The notes beneath the pieces are model-generated. The model was not told the DNA's origin. It worked only from the letters and a program-made list of their open reading frames with translations, and did not search any database. Of a DNA stretch of 64,000 bases, positions 37,355 to 47,832 are shown piece by piece (position 1 is the first letter of the stretch; each line of letters opens with the position of its first letter). The translations under genes were made by a program, and so were the position numbers. The stretch is from Sphingomonas sp. (GTDB lineage: Bacteria > Pseudomonadota > Alphaproteobacteria > Sphingomonadales > Sphingomonadaceae). Location of the stretch: contig NZ_JAGHZV010000004.1 in assembly GCF_017745215.1 (NCBI RefSeq), positions 36,931 to 100,930 of the forward strand, written 5' to 3'.

Positions 37355-38433
37355 GCGCCCACTCCCCCGCTCAGCGTGGGCACGTCGAGCGCCGAGAAGC
37401 CATAGTGCCTGAGCCAGCGCAGGTCGCCGTCGAAGAAGGCGCGCAAATCATCCATCCCATATTTGAGCATCGCGAGGCGATCGATTCCGGTGCCGAAAGC
37501 GAATCCCTGCCATTCATCGGGGTCGAGCCCACAGGCGGCGATCACCTTGGGGTGCACCATCCCGCTGCCGAGCACTTCCATCCAGCCTTCGCTGCCGCCC
37601 AGCACGCGCTTGCCGTCCTTCCAGGTGAAGCCGATGTCGACTTCGGCCGAAGGTTCGGTGAACGGGAAATAGCTCGGGCGCAGACGCAGCACGATGTCGT
37701 CGCGCTCGAAGAACGCCCTGAGGAAGGTCTCGAGCGTCCATTTGAGATGGCCGAGCGTGATGCCCTTGTCGATCACGAGCCCCTCGATCTGGTGGAACAT
37801 CGGCGTGTGCGTGGCGTCGCTGTCCGACCGATAGACACGGCCCGGCGCGATGATCCGGATCGGCGGCTTGTCCTTCACCATCGTGCGGATCTGTACCGGC
37901 GAGGTGTGGGTGCGCAGCAGATGCTTCTGCGTGCCGTCGGCCTCCGGCGGGAAATAGAAGGTATCGTGCATCGCCCGCGCCGGATGGCTCTCGGGGATGT
38001 TGAGCGCGGTGAAATTATGCCAATCGTCCTCGATCTCCGGGCCGCTCGCGACTGCGAAGCCGAGGTCGGCGAAGATCTCGGCGAGCTCGTCCATCACCTG
38101 ACTCACCGGGTGGACGCTGCCCGGCGCAACGCCATCGGCGGGGAGCGACATGTCGAGCGTCTCGCTCGCCAGCCGCGCGTCGAGCGCCGCACGCTCGAGC
38201 CCCGCCTTGCGGATGGCCAACGCCTCGGTCACGGCTTCGCGCAAGCCATGGATGCGCGGGCCCGCGGTCTGGCGCTCCTCCGGGCTCATCCCACCGAGCG
38301 TCTTGAGCAGCCCGGTGACGCTGCCCGCCTTGCCGAGCGCAGATACGCGGATCGCTTCGACCGCATCGAGCCCGGCGGCAGCGTCGATCGACGCGAGGAG
38401 ATCGGAGCGGAGTTGATCGAGATCGCTGGTCAT
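37351..38433 (-). CDS. pheS: phenylalanine--tRNA ligase alpha subunit
   Basis: Start at M13 of ORF 37351..38469(-). Class II aaRS motifs are present ([19 protein letters not shown]). Confidence 0.95.
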   Translation of the reverse strand: MTSDLDQLRSDLLASIDAAAGLDAVEAIRVSALGKAGSVTGLLKTLGGMSPEERQTAGPRIHGLREAVTEALAIRKAGLERAALDARLASETLDMSLPADGVAPGSVHPVSQVMDELAEIFADLGFAVASGPEIEDDWHNFTALNIPESHPARAMHDTFYFPPEADGTQKHLLRTHTSPVQIRTMVKDKPPIRIIAPGRVYRSDSDATHTPMFHQIEGLVIDKGITLGHLKWTLETFLRAFFERDDIVLRLRPSYFPFTEPSAEVDIGFTWKDGKRVLGGSEGWMEVLGSGMVHPKVIAACGLDPDEWQGFAFGTGIDRLAMLKYGMDDLRAFFDGDLRWLRHYGFSALDVPTLSGGVGA

Positions 38434-38485
38434 GCGCGCTCCCCAAGCAGAAGCCCGCGCCGACCGCAACCGAGTCGATCGCGCG

Positions 38486-40330
38486 TCACGGCTCGGGCAG
38501 CGCGGCGACGAGCTCGCGGGCGCCCTCCATCGTCGGGTGCGCGGTGTCGAAATGGAACGGCGCGCCGGTGCGCGTGAGCAGGCGGCAGCGGCCCGCGGGG
38601 CATTCCTGCGCGAGCAGCGAGTAATAGGTGCCGCCCGCGGCCAGCACGAGCGGGCGGAGTTCGGCCTCGATCGCTTCGGGAAGCGGCGACTCCAGGCGCC
38701 GGGCGGCCTCGGCCGAGCCGCGCAGCATCGAATGCGCGATCAGCCGCGGCGCGTCGGCGCGATATTCCCGCAACCGGCCCAGCACCAGCACGCGGGTTCC
38801 GCGCGCCCTCAGCGCCGTGATCGTCGCCCGGAGGCGCGGGAAATCGTCCTCGATCCAGCGGCCCGCCAGGATCACCGCCCGGAACCCGCCGGGCCCGAGC
38901 AGCTGCTGCCGGACGCGTTTCGCCGTCTCGCCGCACAGGAACCCGCGCGTCTCGCCGAACAGCGGCCGACAGCCTGTCGCGGCGGCGAGGCGGACGTTGC
39001 TATCCGGAAATCGCTCGGCGATCGCGCGCCAGAGGTGCATCGCATGGCTGTCGCCGAGCACGAGGACGTTGCGCCGCGCCGGGTCGGTCCGCAGGCAATT
39101 CGCCGCGTCGAAACGATCCGCCCCGCCCCGGCATCCGGGCGGACCGACCTGGTATCGCCACGCGGCGCTGCCCTGATAGCCGGCATAGGCCGCGACTCGC
39201 GCCACTGCGGGCGGCAGCGGCCGCACCCGCGGCACCGCCCAGGCGAGCCCGAGGCAGGCGAGCGCAGCCGCAGCGGAAGCGGCAACGCCGACGAGCACGA
39301 TTCGGCCGGGATCGCCGCCGCTGCGATAGTGCCGGCGAATCGGCACCTCGACGAGCCGATACGACAGGAACGCGAGCCCCAGCGCCAGGGCGAGCAGCGC
39401 CGCGCTGGCGAGGAGACCCGGCTCGTCGTCGGTGCCCGCGCGATACAGGTCGCGGACCGGCAGATGCCAGAGATACAACGAATAGGAGAGCCGCCCGAGC
39501 CAGCGCATCGGCAGAGCGCCGAGCAGCCGCGCGGTGACGGCCGCTTCGCCGTACGCCAGCAGCATCGCCGTGCCGAGGCAGGCGGCGACCGCGCTGCCGA
39601 GCGCCACGCGCACCGAGCCGGAGACGAGCGCGCCGACCAGCAGCGCCAATCCGGCCAACGCCGCCACCTGCCGCCGGCCGGGTCGTTCGAGCGCGGGCAG
39701 TCCGCCCAGCGCCGCGACTCCGCCGAGCGCCAGTTCCCAGCCGCGCGTCGGCAGCAGGTAGAAGGCCGCGTTGGGGTGATTGTACCAGACCGCCACCGCC
39801 CAGTTGAGCACGAGCGATACCGCTACGCCGGCCCAGAGGATCGCGCCGATCCGCCGCGGCGCCCGGCGATGGATCAGCCAGAGCGCCAGCGGATAGAGGA
39901 GATAATATTGCTCCTCCACGCCGAGCGACCAGCTGTGGAGCAGCGGCCTGATCTTCGAGGTGTCGAAATAGCCGCTGCTCACCCAGAAATGGACATTGGC
40001 CGAGAAGGCCGCCGCCGCGGCGCCGCTCTTCGCCAGCGCGCCGGCTTCGCCGGGCAGCAGGAGGAAGGGCCCGATCGCGCAGACCAGGAGCAGCATCACC
40101 AGCAGCGCGGGCAGGATGCGCACCGTGCGGCGGCGATAGAATTCGACCAGCCGAAAATCGCCGCGCTCGATCGCGCCCTGCAGAATCGACGTGATCAGAT
40201 AGCCCGAGAGGACGAAGAAGACGTCGACGCCGAGATAGCCGTTCGGGAGCCATGGGCCGGCGAAGTGGAACCCCACCACCGCGGCGATCGCGGCTGCGCG
40301 CAGCCCTTCGATATCCGCGCGGTACCGCAT
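38486..40330 (-). CDS. acyltransferase-3 family membrane protein with C-terminal SGNH domain (OafA/YrhL-like O-acyltransferase)
   Basis: 614 aa. N-terminus [20 protein letters not shown]...[14 protein letters not shown], ~10 TM segments and a C-terminal [11 protein letters not shown] (GDS-H) block. GGAGGAG RBS. Confidence 0.85.
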   Translation of the reverse strand: MRYRADIEGLRAAAIAAVVGFHFAGPWLPNGYLGVDVFFVLSGYLITSILQGAIERGDFRLVEFYRRRTVRILPALLVMLLLVCAIGPFLLLPGEAGALAKSGAAAAAFSANVHFWVSSGYFDTSKIRPLLHSWSLGVEEQYYLLYPLALWLIHRRAPRRIGAILWAGVAVSLVLNWAVAVWYNHPNAAFYLLPTRGWELALGGVAALGGLPALERPGRRQVAALAGLALLVGALVSGSVRVALGSAVAACLGTAMLLAYGEAAVTARLLGALPMRWLGRLSYSLYLWHLPVRDLYRAGTDDEPGLLASAALLALALGLAFLSYRLVEVPIRRHYRSGGDPGRIVLVGVAASAAAALACLGLAWAVPRVRPLPPAVARVAAYAGYQGSAAWRYQVGPPGCRGGADRFDAANCLRTDPARRNVLVLGDSHAMHLWRAIAERFPDSNVRLAAATGCRPLFGETRGFLCGETAKRVRQQLLGPGGFRAVILAGRWIEDDFPRLRATITALRARGTRVLVLGRLREYRADAPRLIAHSMLRGSAEAARRLESPLPEAIEAELRPLVLAAGGTYYSLLAQECPAGRCRLLTRTGAPFHFDTAHPTMEGARELVAALPEP

Positions 40331-40392
40331 CCGCTCCTCCCCCGGAAGGCCAGCCTATTGGCGCGGCCGCCAACCCGCAAGCGGACCCCGCA

Positions 40393-40432
40393 ACCGAAAA
40401 GGGCGGCCGCCGGTCGCCCCGGCAGCCGCCCC
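40393..40432 (-). terminator. rho-independent terminator after rplT
   Basis: On the minus strand, GGGCGGCUGCC-loop-GGCGGCCGCCC followed by UUUUCGGUU. Confidence 0.7.
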
Positions 40433-40456
40433 GTTACGCCGATCCGGCGGGCGCGG

Positions 40457-40822
40457 TTACGCTGCCTGGGGCAGCGCTGCCTTCGCCTGCGCGACGATGG
40501 CGGCGAACGCCTCGCCCTCGTGCATCGCGATATCGGCCAGCACCTTGCGGTCGAGCTCGATGCCGGCGAGCTTCAGCCCGTGCATGAACTGCGAATAGGT
40601 CAGGCCCTCGGCGCGGACGCCCGCGTTGATGCGCTGGATCCAGAGCGCGCGGAAGCTGCGCTTCTTAACCTTGCGGTCGCGATAGGCATATTGCCCGGCC
40701 TTCTCGACGGCCTGGCGGGCGATGCGGATCGTGTTCTTGCGACGGCCGTAATAGCCCTTCGCCTGGTCCAGAATCCGCTTGTGCTTGGCCTTGGTGGTCG
40801 TGCCACGCTTCACTCGTGCCAT
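40457..40822 (-). CDS. rplT: 50S ribosomal protein L20
   Basis: [30 protein letters not shown], canonical L20. Confidence 0.95.
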   Translation of the reverse strand: MARVKRGTTTKAKHKRILDQAKGYYGRRKNTIRIARQAVEKAGQYAYRDRKVKKRSFRALWIQRINAGVRAEGLTYSQFMHGLKLAGIELDRKVLADIAMHEGEAFAAIVAQAKAALPQAA

Positions 40823-40835
40823 GGTCTAGGCCTCC

Positions 40836-41039
40836 TTACTTCAGGCCGTACGGCGCCCAGAGGCGCACGTGACCGGCATCCGAATCCGACAGCACGCTGG
40901 TGCCGCGGTTGGTGCGGATATATTTCGCATTGTGGCTGCTGAGGCGGTGGCGCTTGCCGGCCACGCCGTGCTTCACCTTGCCGGTCGCGGTGAACTTGAA
41001 GCGTTTCTTCACACCGCTCTTGGTCTTGAGCTTGGGCAT
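40836..41039 (-). CDS. rpmI: 50S ribosomal protein L35
   Basis: [24 protein letters not shown], canonical L35. M17 of ORF 40836..41087(-). Confidence 0.95.
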   Translation of the reverse strand: MPKLKTKSGVKKRFKFTATGKVKHGVAGKRHRLSSHNAKYIRTNRGTSVLSDSDAGHVRLWAPYGLK

Positions 41040-41204
41040 TTTCGTCTCCTTGGTACGCGACGCTGGCGGACGGCCCCGGCAGCCCATTTAGCCGGGCAGT
41101 CCCTCTGAATCGCGGAAAGCGGGGCGCATAGCCGAAGCCGCGGGGCATTGCAACGGCTGGTCCCGCTTCGGGGAACCCTTGGCCACGGCATGGTTTTTCC
41201 TCCC

Positions 41205-43400
41205 ATGGCAGACCGCGAAGCTCCGACCGATGCGGCCGAGGCCGTCCCAGCGCCGAGCGATTCGCCGGCGCCCGCGGCCGAATCACTCGCCCCCGAACCG
41301 CCTGCGCAGGCCCCGCCGTGGCGGAAGCGCATGCCGCGCCCGCTGGTCATCGCGCTGCGCATCCTCGGCGGCATCGTCGCGCTGATCCTCGTCGCCTGGC
41401 TGGTGCTGTTCGTCACCAAGGGCCGGTTCCTCAAGCACCCGTTCGAACGGATCGCCAGCGGCCAGACCGCGCGCGAGGTGAAGGTCGCGGGCGATTTCCA
41501 GCTCTATTTCAATCCGTTGAACGTGCATTTCGTCGCGGAGCAGATGACGATCACCAACCCGGCCTGGGTGAAGGGCAATCTCTTCGAGGCGAGGCGGATC
41601 GACACGACGATCTCGACCTGGTCGCTGATCTTCGGGCCCAGCAAGGTCCGCTGGCTGTCGCTCGACGACGCGCACCTCGATCTCCAATGGGACAAGCAGC
41701 ACAAGCGCAACACCTGGACGCTCGGCGACCCGAACAAGCCCGGCAAGCCACTCGACCTGCCGCTGATTCGCCGCGCGCGCGCCGCGGGGACCGAGATCGT
41801 CTACCGCGACCCGGCGATGCTGCTCCTTGCCCAGCTCGGCATCGACACCGTCGAGGCGCACGACACGCGTTTCGCAAACGCGATCCGCTTCGATGGCAAG
41901 GGCGAGGCGCGCGGCGTGCCCTTCACCGTCACCGGCGCGCTGCTCTCGCCCAACGATACGGTGACCGGCGGTCGCAACCGGATCGAGCTCCACGTCCGCG
42001 GCGCCGACACCAGCGCCGACGTGTCGGGCGAGCTCCCCGGCGCGACCGAGATCGAAGGCGCCGACCTGCACATCGACGTGCGCGGCACCAACCTCGCCGA
42101 CCTCTTCTCGGTCGCGGGCATCGCCGTGCCGGACACGCGCCGCTACCGCTTCACGTCGGTGCTCACCAAGCGTGGGCCCGAATGGCAGTTCACCGGGCTC
42201 AAGGGCCGGTTCGGCGACAGCGACCTCGCGGGCAAGCTCACCGTCACCAACAGGCAGCCGCGGCTGATGGTCGAGGCCGATCTTGGCACGCGCATCCTCG
42301 ACATCGTCGATGCGGGCCCCTTCATCGGCTACAACCCCAACAAGCTCGCCGCGCAGGGCAACGAGGGCACCGTCACGCGCGTCAATGGCGCGCCGCGCAT
42401 CCTCCCCGATGCGCCGCTCCGCGTGGAAGCGCTCAAGAACTTCGACGCGAGGGTGAACTGGCACGTCACCACGGTGCGCGCCGAGAACCTCCCCGTCTCG
42501 AACATCACGCTCGGCCTGACACTCGACGACCGGCTGCTCAAGCTCAGCCCGCTCAACTTCGCGATGGCGCGCGGCACCGTCTCCTCGGACATCGTGATCA
42601 ACGCGCGCGATCCGGCGGTGGTGACCGATTACGACATCCGCCTCTCGCCCACCCCGATGGGAACGCTGCTCGCGGGCTTCGGCGTCGCCGAATCGGGGAC
42701 GAGCGGGATGCTCAAGGCGCGCGCGCAGCTCCATGGGATCGGCAATACCGTCCATGATTCGCTGAGCACCGCCAACGGCCGCATCGCCGTGATCATCCCA
42801 AAGGGGACGATGTGGACGCGCAACGTCCAGCTCACCGAGCTCGACATCGGCGTGTTCCTCCAGAAGATGTTCGAGAAGAAGCTCAAGGAGCCGGTGCAGA
42901 TCAACTGCGGGCTGGTGGCGTTCACGGTACGGAACGGCATCGGCGCGGCGGATCCGATCCTGATCGACACCGCGGGCAACGTCGTGGCGGGCCGCGGCGG
43001 GTTCAGCTTCAAGAACGAAGCGGTCGACTTGGCGATCGAGGCCGACGCCAAGAAGTTCAGCCTGTTCTCGGGCCAGTCCCCCGTCGGCATCGGCGGCTAT
43101 TTCGCGGCGCCCACGCTCGACCCGATCAGCGGCGAGCTGGTCGCGCGCGCGGGCGCGGGGCTGGGCCTGGGCGTGCTGGCGAGCCCGCTCGCCTCGATCA
43201 TCGCCTTCGTCGACGTGGGCGACGCCAAGGCCGCCGATTGCGGCCCGGTGCTGGCGGGCGCGCACGCCGCCGCCCAGCGCGACACCAAGGGCCGCCCGCG
43301 CACCGACGTGGGCCGCGGGACCACGGCCAAGTCGGAGAGCGGCAAGCAGAGCCGCGACCAGGCGAAGAAGCAGCGGAAGAAGTTCCTGGGGATCTTCTGA
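41205..43400 (+). CDS. AsmA family outer-membrane assembly protein
   Basis: N-terminal TM anchor (LVIALRILGGIVALILVAWLVLFV), then a long beta-rich periplasmic region and a basic C-terminal tail. Start is ambiguous (ATG 41190, ATG 41205 or TTG 41148). Confidence 0.8.
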   Translation: MADREAPTDAAEAVPAPSDSPAPAAESLAPEPPAQAPPWRKRMPRPLVIALRILGGIVALILVAWLVLFVTKGRFLKHPFERIASGQTAREVKVAGDFQLYFNPLNVHFVAEQMTITNPAWVKGNLFEARRIDTTISTWSLIFGPSKVRWLSLDDAHLDLQWDKQHKRNTWTLGDPNKPGKPLDLPLIRRARAAGTEIVYRDPAMLLLAQLGIDTVEAHDTRFANAIRFDGKGEARGVPFTVTGALLSPNDTVTGGRNRIELHVRGADTSADVSGELPGATEIEGADLHIDVRGTNLADLFSVAGIAVPDTRRYRFTSVLTKRGPEWQFTGLKGRFGDSDLAGKLTVTNRQPRLMVEADLGTRILDIVDAGPFIGYNPNKLAAQGNEGTVTRVNGAPRILPDAPLRVEALKNFDARVNWHVTTVRAENLPVSNITLGLTLDDRLLKLSPLNFAMARGTVSSDIVINARDPAVVTDYDIRLSPTPMGTLLAGFGVAESGTSGMLKARAQLHGIGNTVHDSLSTANGRIAVIIPKGTMWTRNVQLTELDIGVFLQKMFEKKLKEPVQINCGLVAFTVRNGIGAADPILIDTAGNVVAGRGGFSFKNEAVDLAIEADAKKFSLFSGQSPVGIGGYFAAPTLDPISGELVARAGAGLGLGVLASPLASIIAFVDVGDAKAADCGPVLAGAHAAAQRDTKGRPRTDVGRGTTAKSESGKQSRDQAKKQRKKFLGIF

Positions 43401-43425
43401 GGGGTCCTCACCCTATCCTAATGAC

Positions 43426-43509
43426 CGTCATCCCCGCGAAAGCCGGGAGCCAGGGTAGAAGAGGACATCGCTCGCGGCCCTGGGGTGCCCGGCTTTCGCC
43501 GGGATGACG
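43426..43509. repeat. family-1 MITE-like element, long form (diverged left arm)
   Basis: CGTCATCCCCGCGAAAGCCGGGAGCCAGGG ... CCCTGGGGTGCCCGGCTTTCGCCGGGATGACG. Confidence 0.8.
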
Positions 43510-43540
43510 ACCTGTGGGGGGAATGCCCGGCCCGAACGAG

Positions 43541-43568
43541 AAGGGGCGGCCGTTGCGGGCCGCCCCTT
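43541..43568 (-). terminator. strong hairpin downstream of carD (terminator candidate)
   Basis: Perfect 11-bp stem AAGGGGCGGCC/GGCCGCCCCTT with a 6-nt loop, 23 nt after the carD stop. The U-tract is weak (CTCGTT). Confidence 0.55.
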
Positions 43569-43590
43569 CGATGTCCGAGGAACCGGCGTT

Positions 43591-44124
43591 TCAGGCCGGA
43601 ACCTTGTCCCTGTTGTAGATCGCCGCGGCCTTGCGCAGGATGTCGAGGATCTTCTCGAGCGCCTTGGGCTCCTCGACCTCCTCCATCGCGGCGAGCTCGC
43701 GCGCGAGGCGCGACGCAGCGGCTTCGAAGATCTGGCGCTCCGAATAGCTCTGCTCGGGCTGGTCGTCGGCACGGAACAGGTCGCGGACCACTTCGGCGAT
43801 CGACACGAGGTCGCCCGAATTGATCTTCGCTTCATATTCCTGCGCGCGGCGCGACCACATGGTGCGCTTGACCTTGGGCTTGCCCTTGAGCGTATCGAGC
43901 GCTTCCTTGAGCGTCTTGTCGCTCGAGAGCTTGCGCATACCGACGCTTTCCGCCTTGTTGGTCGGAACGCGCAGCGTCATCTTCTCTTTCTCGAAGCGGA
44001 GCACATACAGCTCGAGCTGCATGCCCGCGATTTCCTGCTTTTGAAGTTCGATCACACGGCCAACGCCGTGCTTGGGGTAAACGACATAATCGCCGACGTC
44101 GAAGGACAGCGCCTTGGCAGCCAT
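43591..44124 (-). CDS. carD: CarD family transcriptional regulator
   Basis: 177 aa. FDVGDYVVYPKHGVGRVIELQKQEIAGMQLELYVL is the canonical CarD/TRCF RID domain. Confidence 0.9.
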   Translation of the reverse strand: MAAKALSFDVGDYVVYPKHGVGRVIELQKQEIAGMQLELYVLRFEKEKMTLRVPTNKAESVGMRKLSSDKTLKEALDTLKGKPKVKRTMWSRRAQEYEAKINSGDLVSIAEVVRDLFRADDQPEQSYSERQIFEAAASRLARELAAMEEVEEPKALEKILDILRKAAAIYNRDKVPA

Positions 44125-44446
44125 TTGCGTAAAGCCTTTCCGTGAATCACGGCCCCGACAAGAGGATGGACTTCTATTCCCGCGGACCCTCGGGAATAGC
44201 CGGATCGGGGCATTTGTCTTAGCGTCTCCGGGCGGAGGGCGAATCTAACCTCCGTCAGGGGGGATTTAACACGCGTGCAACAAAATTACCAGCGCTGTAA
44301 CTCACCCCCGTGTGAATTCTGCGGATAAACGCAGTTTTTTCCGGACCAGCCGTTGCCGGGCCCGGAGGTCGAATCGCTTGCGAAACAGCGGGATGGCGAC
44401 TCGGGCGCAGGAAAGGCGGCGCGCCCGAGCCTCACGGATGCCGCGA

Positions 44447-44785
44447 TCAGCTGCCCGTGCCGGGCTCCGGCGAGAAGTATTTCTCGAACTTGCCGTCTTC
44501 GTTCTTGTGCTCGTCGGCATCGGCGGGGACGTCGCCCTTCTGGGTGACGTTGGGCCATTGCTCGGAATAGGTCTTGTTGAGCTCGAGCCACTTCTCGAGG
44601 CCGTTCTCGGTGTCGGGCAGGATCGCCTCGGCCGGGCATTCGGGCTCGCAGACGCCGCAGTCGATGCATTCATTGGGGTTGATGACGAGCATGTTCTCGC
44701 CCTCGTAGAAGCAATCGACCGGACAGACCTCGACACAGTCCATGTATTTGCACCGGATGCAGGCGTCGGTGACGACATAGGTCAT
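44447..44785 (-). CDS. fdxA: 7Fe ferredoxin (3Fe-4S/4Fe-4S), FdxA type
   Basis: [51 protein letters not shown], canonical FdxA. Confidence 0.9.
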   Translation of the reverse strand: MTYVVTDACIRCKYMDCVEVCPVDCFYEGENMLVINPNECIDCGVCEPECPAEAILPDTENGLEKWLELNKTYSEQWPNVTQKGDVPADADEHKNEDGKFEKYFSPEPGTGS

Positions 44786-44828
44786 GGCAGGTCGGTCCTC
44801 TGAGCAGGGTCTTCTGGTTCGCCTCCTG

Positions 44829-45119
44829 CTATGCCCCGTCCGGACTCGCGTCAACGGGCTTGGGCACAGCGATTTCGAGGGGCGTGTAAAGCTCGGCTGC
44901 TTCGGCGGGCGGTCCGCGGCGCTTCGGCAGCGCTTCGACGCGCAGCACGCGCACCTTGCCGTGCTGGGCGAAGGCAATGATGCAGCCGATGCGGACGGGC
45001 GCATGCGCGCGCTCGCAGCGGCGCCCGTCGATGCGCAGCGTGCCCGCCGTCGCGAGCGCCTGCGCGGCGCCGCGCGTCTTGGCGAGCCGCGCGAACCAGA
45101 GGAACAGGTCGACTCGCAT
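44829..45119 (-). CDS. RNA-binding S4 domain protein (Hsp15/HslR-like)
   Basis: [35 protein letters not shown]4 motif. An alternative GTG start at 45134 would overlap the helicase stop. Confidence 0.75.
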   Translation of the reverse strand: MRVDLFLWFARLAKTRGAAQALATAGTLRIDGRRCERAHAPVRIGCIIAFAQHGKVRVLRVEALPKRRGPPAEAAELYTPLEIAVPKPVDASPDGA

Positions 45120-45126
45120 CACCGGC

Positions 45127-47607
45127 TCAGCCACCGCGCAGCGCTCCGAGCACGGCGAAGGCGTTGTCGCGCGGCGGCGGGGCGGGCTCGGCGACGGGCG
45201 TGAGCCCCTTCCAGATCCAGCGCGGCGGCTCGCCCTCGGGGGTGCGCGCGGTGCGGAAGCCCAGCTGCGCCATCAGCCGCGCGAGCGTCTCGGGCTGCAC
45301 GCCGATCGACGTCGCCAGCGCGGGATCGGGCGCGAAGGGCTTCCTGCCCTTTCGCGACTCATGCGCGGTGCGGGCGATCCGCTCCACGAGGTCGACGCGC
45401 ACCGCCTGCGCGCCCAGCGGGCGGTAGCCATGCGCGAGGTCGGCGCCGGGCGCGCCCCGCGGAAGCACGGTCGCGCCGTCGCGCGGGCCGTTGCCGAGCG
45501 CCATCAGCGTGCGCCGCCAGCGCGCGGCGTTGGGCTTGAGCAGACTGGGCGCGAACAGGTCGAGCGTGCCGATGGTGACGCCGATGCTGCGCAGCATTTT
45601 GCGGGCCGGCGGGTCGAGCGCGTCGACCATCTGACCGGCGGCGCGGCGCGGCATCAGCCCGCCTGCCTCGAGCAGCGCCCCGGCGATCGCGCGCAGCGGG
45701 GCGCCGGCGGCGGGCTCGCGCGTGGCGGCGTCGAGCCTGGCGAGGACCGGGAGATGTCGTGCGAGCCTCGCCGCGAACCAGGCTTCGAGGCGTGTGCGGA
45801 TCGCGCCGCGCTGCTGCGCGTCGAGCACGTCGAGCGCCTTGTCGAGCGCGATCCGCGGGCGAGCGAGACTGGGGCCGGGTTCGAGACGGGCGACTGCGAT
45901 CCCCTTCCAGGTCAGCCGGAGCGGATCGCTCTCCACGCCCAGCTCCTCATCCGCCGCCTCCGCCAGCGCCGACCCGCGCCGCCGGAACTCGCTCGCCAGC
46001 CGTTTCTCCGCCGCCGCGAGCAGCAGCCGCTTGTCCGCCGCCTGGGCATTGGGCGTCACGGTGAAGCGGAAGCCCTCCAGCCGGCCGAGCTCATGGTCCT
46101 CGACGCTGACTTCGCCCTCGGGCCCGATCGTCACCGGCAGGTGTCCCGCGCCCGAGCCGATCTGGCGCATCAGCACCGTCGTGCGCCGGTCGACGAAGCG
46201 TTGCGTCAGGCTCGCATGGAGCGCGTCGGACAGCCGCTCCTCGATCGCGCGGGTGCGCTCGGCCCAATGCGCGGGGCTTTCGAGCCAGTCGGCGCGGTGC
46301 GCGATATAGGCCCAGCTCCGCACGGCCGCGATCCGCCCGGCGAGCGTCTCGACGTCGCCTTCGGTGCGGTCGAGCCGCGCGATCTCGTCGGCGAACCATT
46401 GATGCGGGACATGGCCGTTGCCTTCAGACAGATGGCCGAACAGCCGCCCGACGAAGCGCGCATGCGGATCGGCGCCGAGCTTGCGGAAGTCGGGCAGCCC
46501 GCACGCCGCCCAGAGCCGCGCGACCATCGCCGGGCTGCGCACCCGCGCGCGTACCCAATCCTCGTCGGCGAGCCGCTTGAGCACCGCCAGGTCGACTGCC
46601 TCGGGTGCAGCGCGCAGCACCGGCTCGCGTGGCCGCGCCTCGAGGCTGGCGATCAGATCGTCGATCGAGCCGAGGTCGGGCTCGCCGTCGCGCCAGTAGA
46701 GATGCTCGAGCCGCGGCACCTGGTGCGCTTCGATCGCGAGCACTTCCTCGGGCCGAAAGGCGTTGGGTCCCTCCTCCTGAAGCGCGCCGAAGGTCCCGTC
46801 CTTGTGGTGGCGCCCGGCGCGGCCGGCGATCTGCGCCATCTCGGCGACGGTGAGCCGCCGCTGGCGCCGTCCGTCGAACTTGGCGAGCGAAGCGAAGGCG
46901 ACATGGGCGACGTCCATGTTGAGCCCCATGCCGATCGCATCGGTGGCGACGAGGTAATCGACTTCGCCCGCCTGGAACATCGCGACCTGGGCGTTGCGCG
47001 TGCTTGGGGAGAGCGCGCCCATCACCACCGCCGCGCCGCCGCGCAGCCGGCGTAGCGCCTCGGCGACGGCGTAGACTTCCTCGGCCGAGAAAGCGACGAC
47101 CGCCGAGCGCCGCGGCAGCCGCGAGAGCTTGCGCGCGCCGGCGTAGGACAGCGTCGAGAAGCGCGGGCGGCCGATCACTTCGGCCTCGGGGACCAGCGCC
47201 TTGAGCATGGGCCTGAGCGAATCCGAGCCGAGGATCATCGTCTCCTCGCGGCCGCGTGCGCGCAGCAGCCGGTCGGTGAAGACATGGCCGCGCTCGGGAT
47301 CGGCGCCGAGCTGCGCCTCGTCGAGCGCGACGAAGGCGACGTCCCTGTCGACGGGCATCGATTCGGCGGTGCAGAGCAGCCACCGCGCGCCGGGCGGCAG
47401 GATCTTCTCCTCGCCCGTCAGCAGCGCGACTTCGCCGGGCCCCTTGAGCCGGACCACCCGGTCATAGACCTCGCGCGCGAGCAGGCGCAGCGGAAAGCCC
47501 ATCATCCCGCTCGCATGGCCGCACAGCCGCTCGACCGCGAGATGCGTCTTTCCGGTGTTGGTAGGCCCCAGGACGGCCGTGACAGAGGAACGCGCGAACC
47601 GACTCAT
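45127..47607 (-). CDS. SUV3-like ATP-dependent helicase
   Basis: 826 aa. Walker A GPTNTGKT, DEAQ box (ALDEAQL) and a helicase C domain. Confidence 0.85.
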   Translation of the reverse strand: MSRFARSSVTAVLGPTNTGKTHLAVERLCGHASGMMGFPLRLLAREVYDRVVRLKGPGEVALLTGEEKILPPGARWLLCTAESMPVDRDVAFVALDEAQLGADPERGHVFTDRLLRARGREETMILGSDSLRPMLKALVPEAEVIGRPRFSTLSYAGARKLSRLPRRSAVVAFSAEEVYAVAEALRRLRGGAAVVMGALSPSTRNAQVAMFQAGEVDYLVATDAIGMGLNMDVAHVAFASLAKFDGRRQRRLTVAEMAQIAGRAGRHHKDGTFGALQEEGPNAFRPEEVLAIEAHQVPRLEHLYWRDGEPDLGSIDDLIASLEARPREPVLRAAPEAVDLAVLKRLADEDWVRARVRSPAMVARLWAACGLPDFRKLGADPHARFVGRLFGHLSEGNGHVPHQWFADEIARLDRTEGDVETLAGRIAAVRSWAYIAHRADWLESPAHWAERTRAIEERLSDALHASLTQRFVDRRTTVLMRQIGSGAGHLPVTIGPEGEVSVEDHELGRLEGFRFTVTPNAQAADKRLLLAAAEKRLASEFRRRGSALAEAADEELGVESDPLRLTWKGIAVARLEPGPSLARPRIALDKALDVLDAQQRGAIRTRLEAWFAARLARHLPVLARLDAATREPAAGAPLRAIAGALLEAGGLMPRRAAGQMVDALDPPARKMLRSIGVTIGTLDLFAPSLLKPNAARWRRTLMALGNGPRDGATVLPRGAPGADLAHGYRPLGAQAVRVDLVERIARTAHESRKGRKPFAPDPALATSIGVQPETLARLMAQLGFRTARTPEGEPPRWIWKGLTPVAEPAPPPRDNAFAVLGALRGG

Positions 47608-47832
47608 GCTGGCCCCAAGATCGTTCCGAGTCTTCCCTTAGGCAACACCCCCGGATCGCGCGAATCGGTTAACCATGTTGTTATGGTTAGCGAATATCGT
47701 TTCAGCATCCCTTCATCCCAGGTGGCGCACGAGTCGCCGCACGGTCGAGCAATCGCGGGAGAGGTTAGTTTGACTTTAAGCGAACCATTCCACAGTCAAC
47801 GGACATTGGCCGGGGGTTGCGGCGCAGACATT

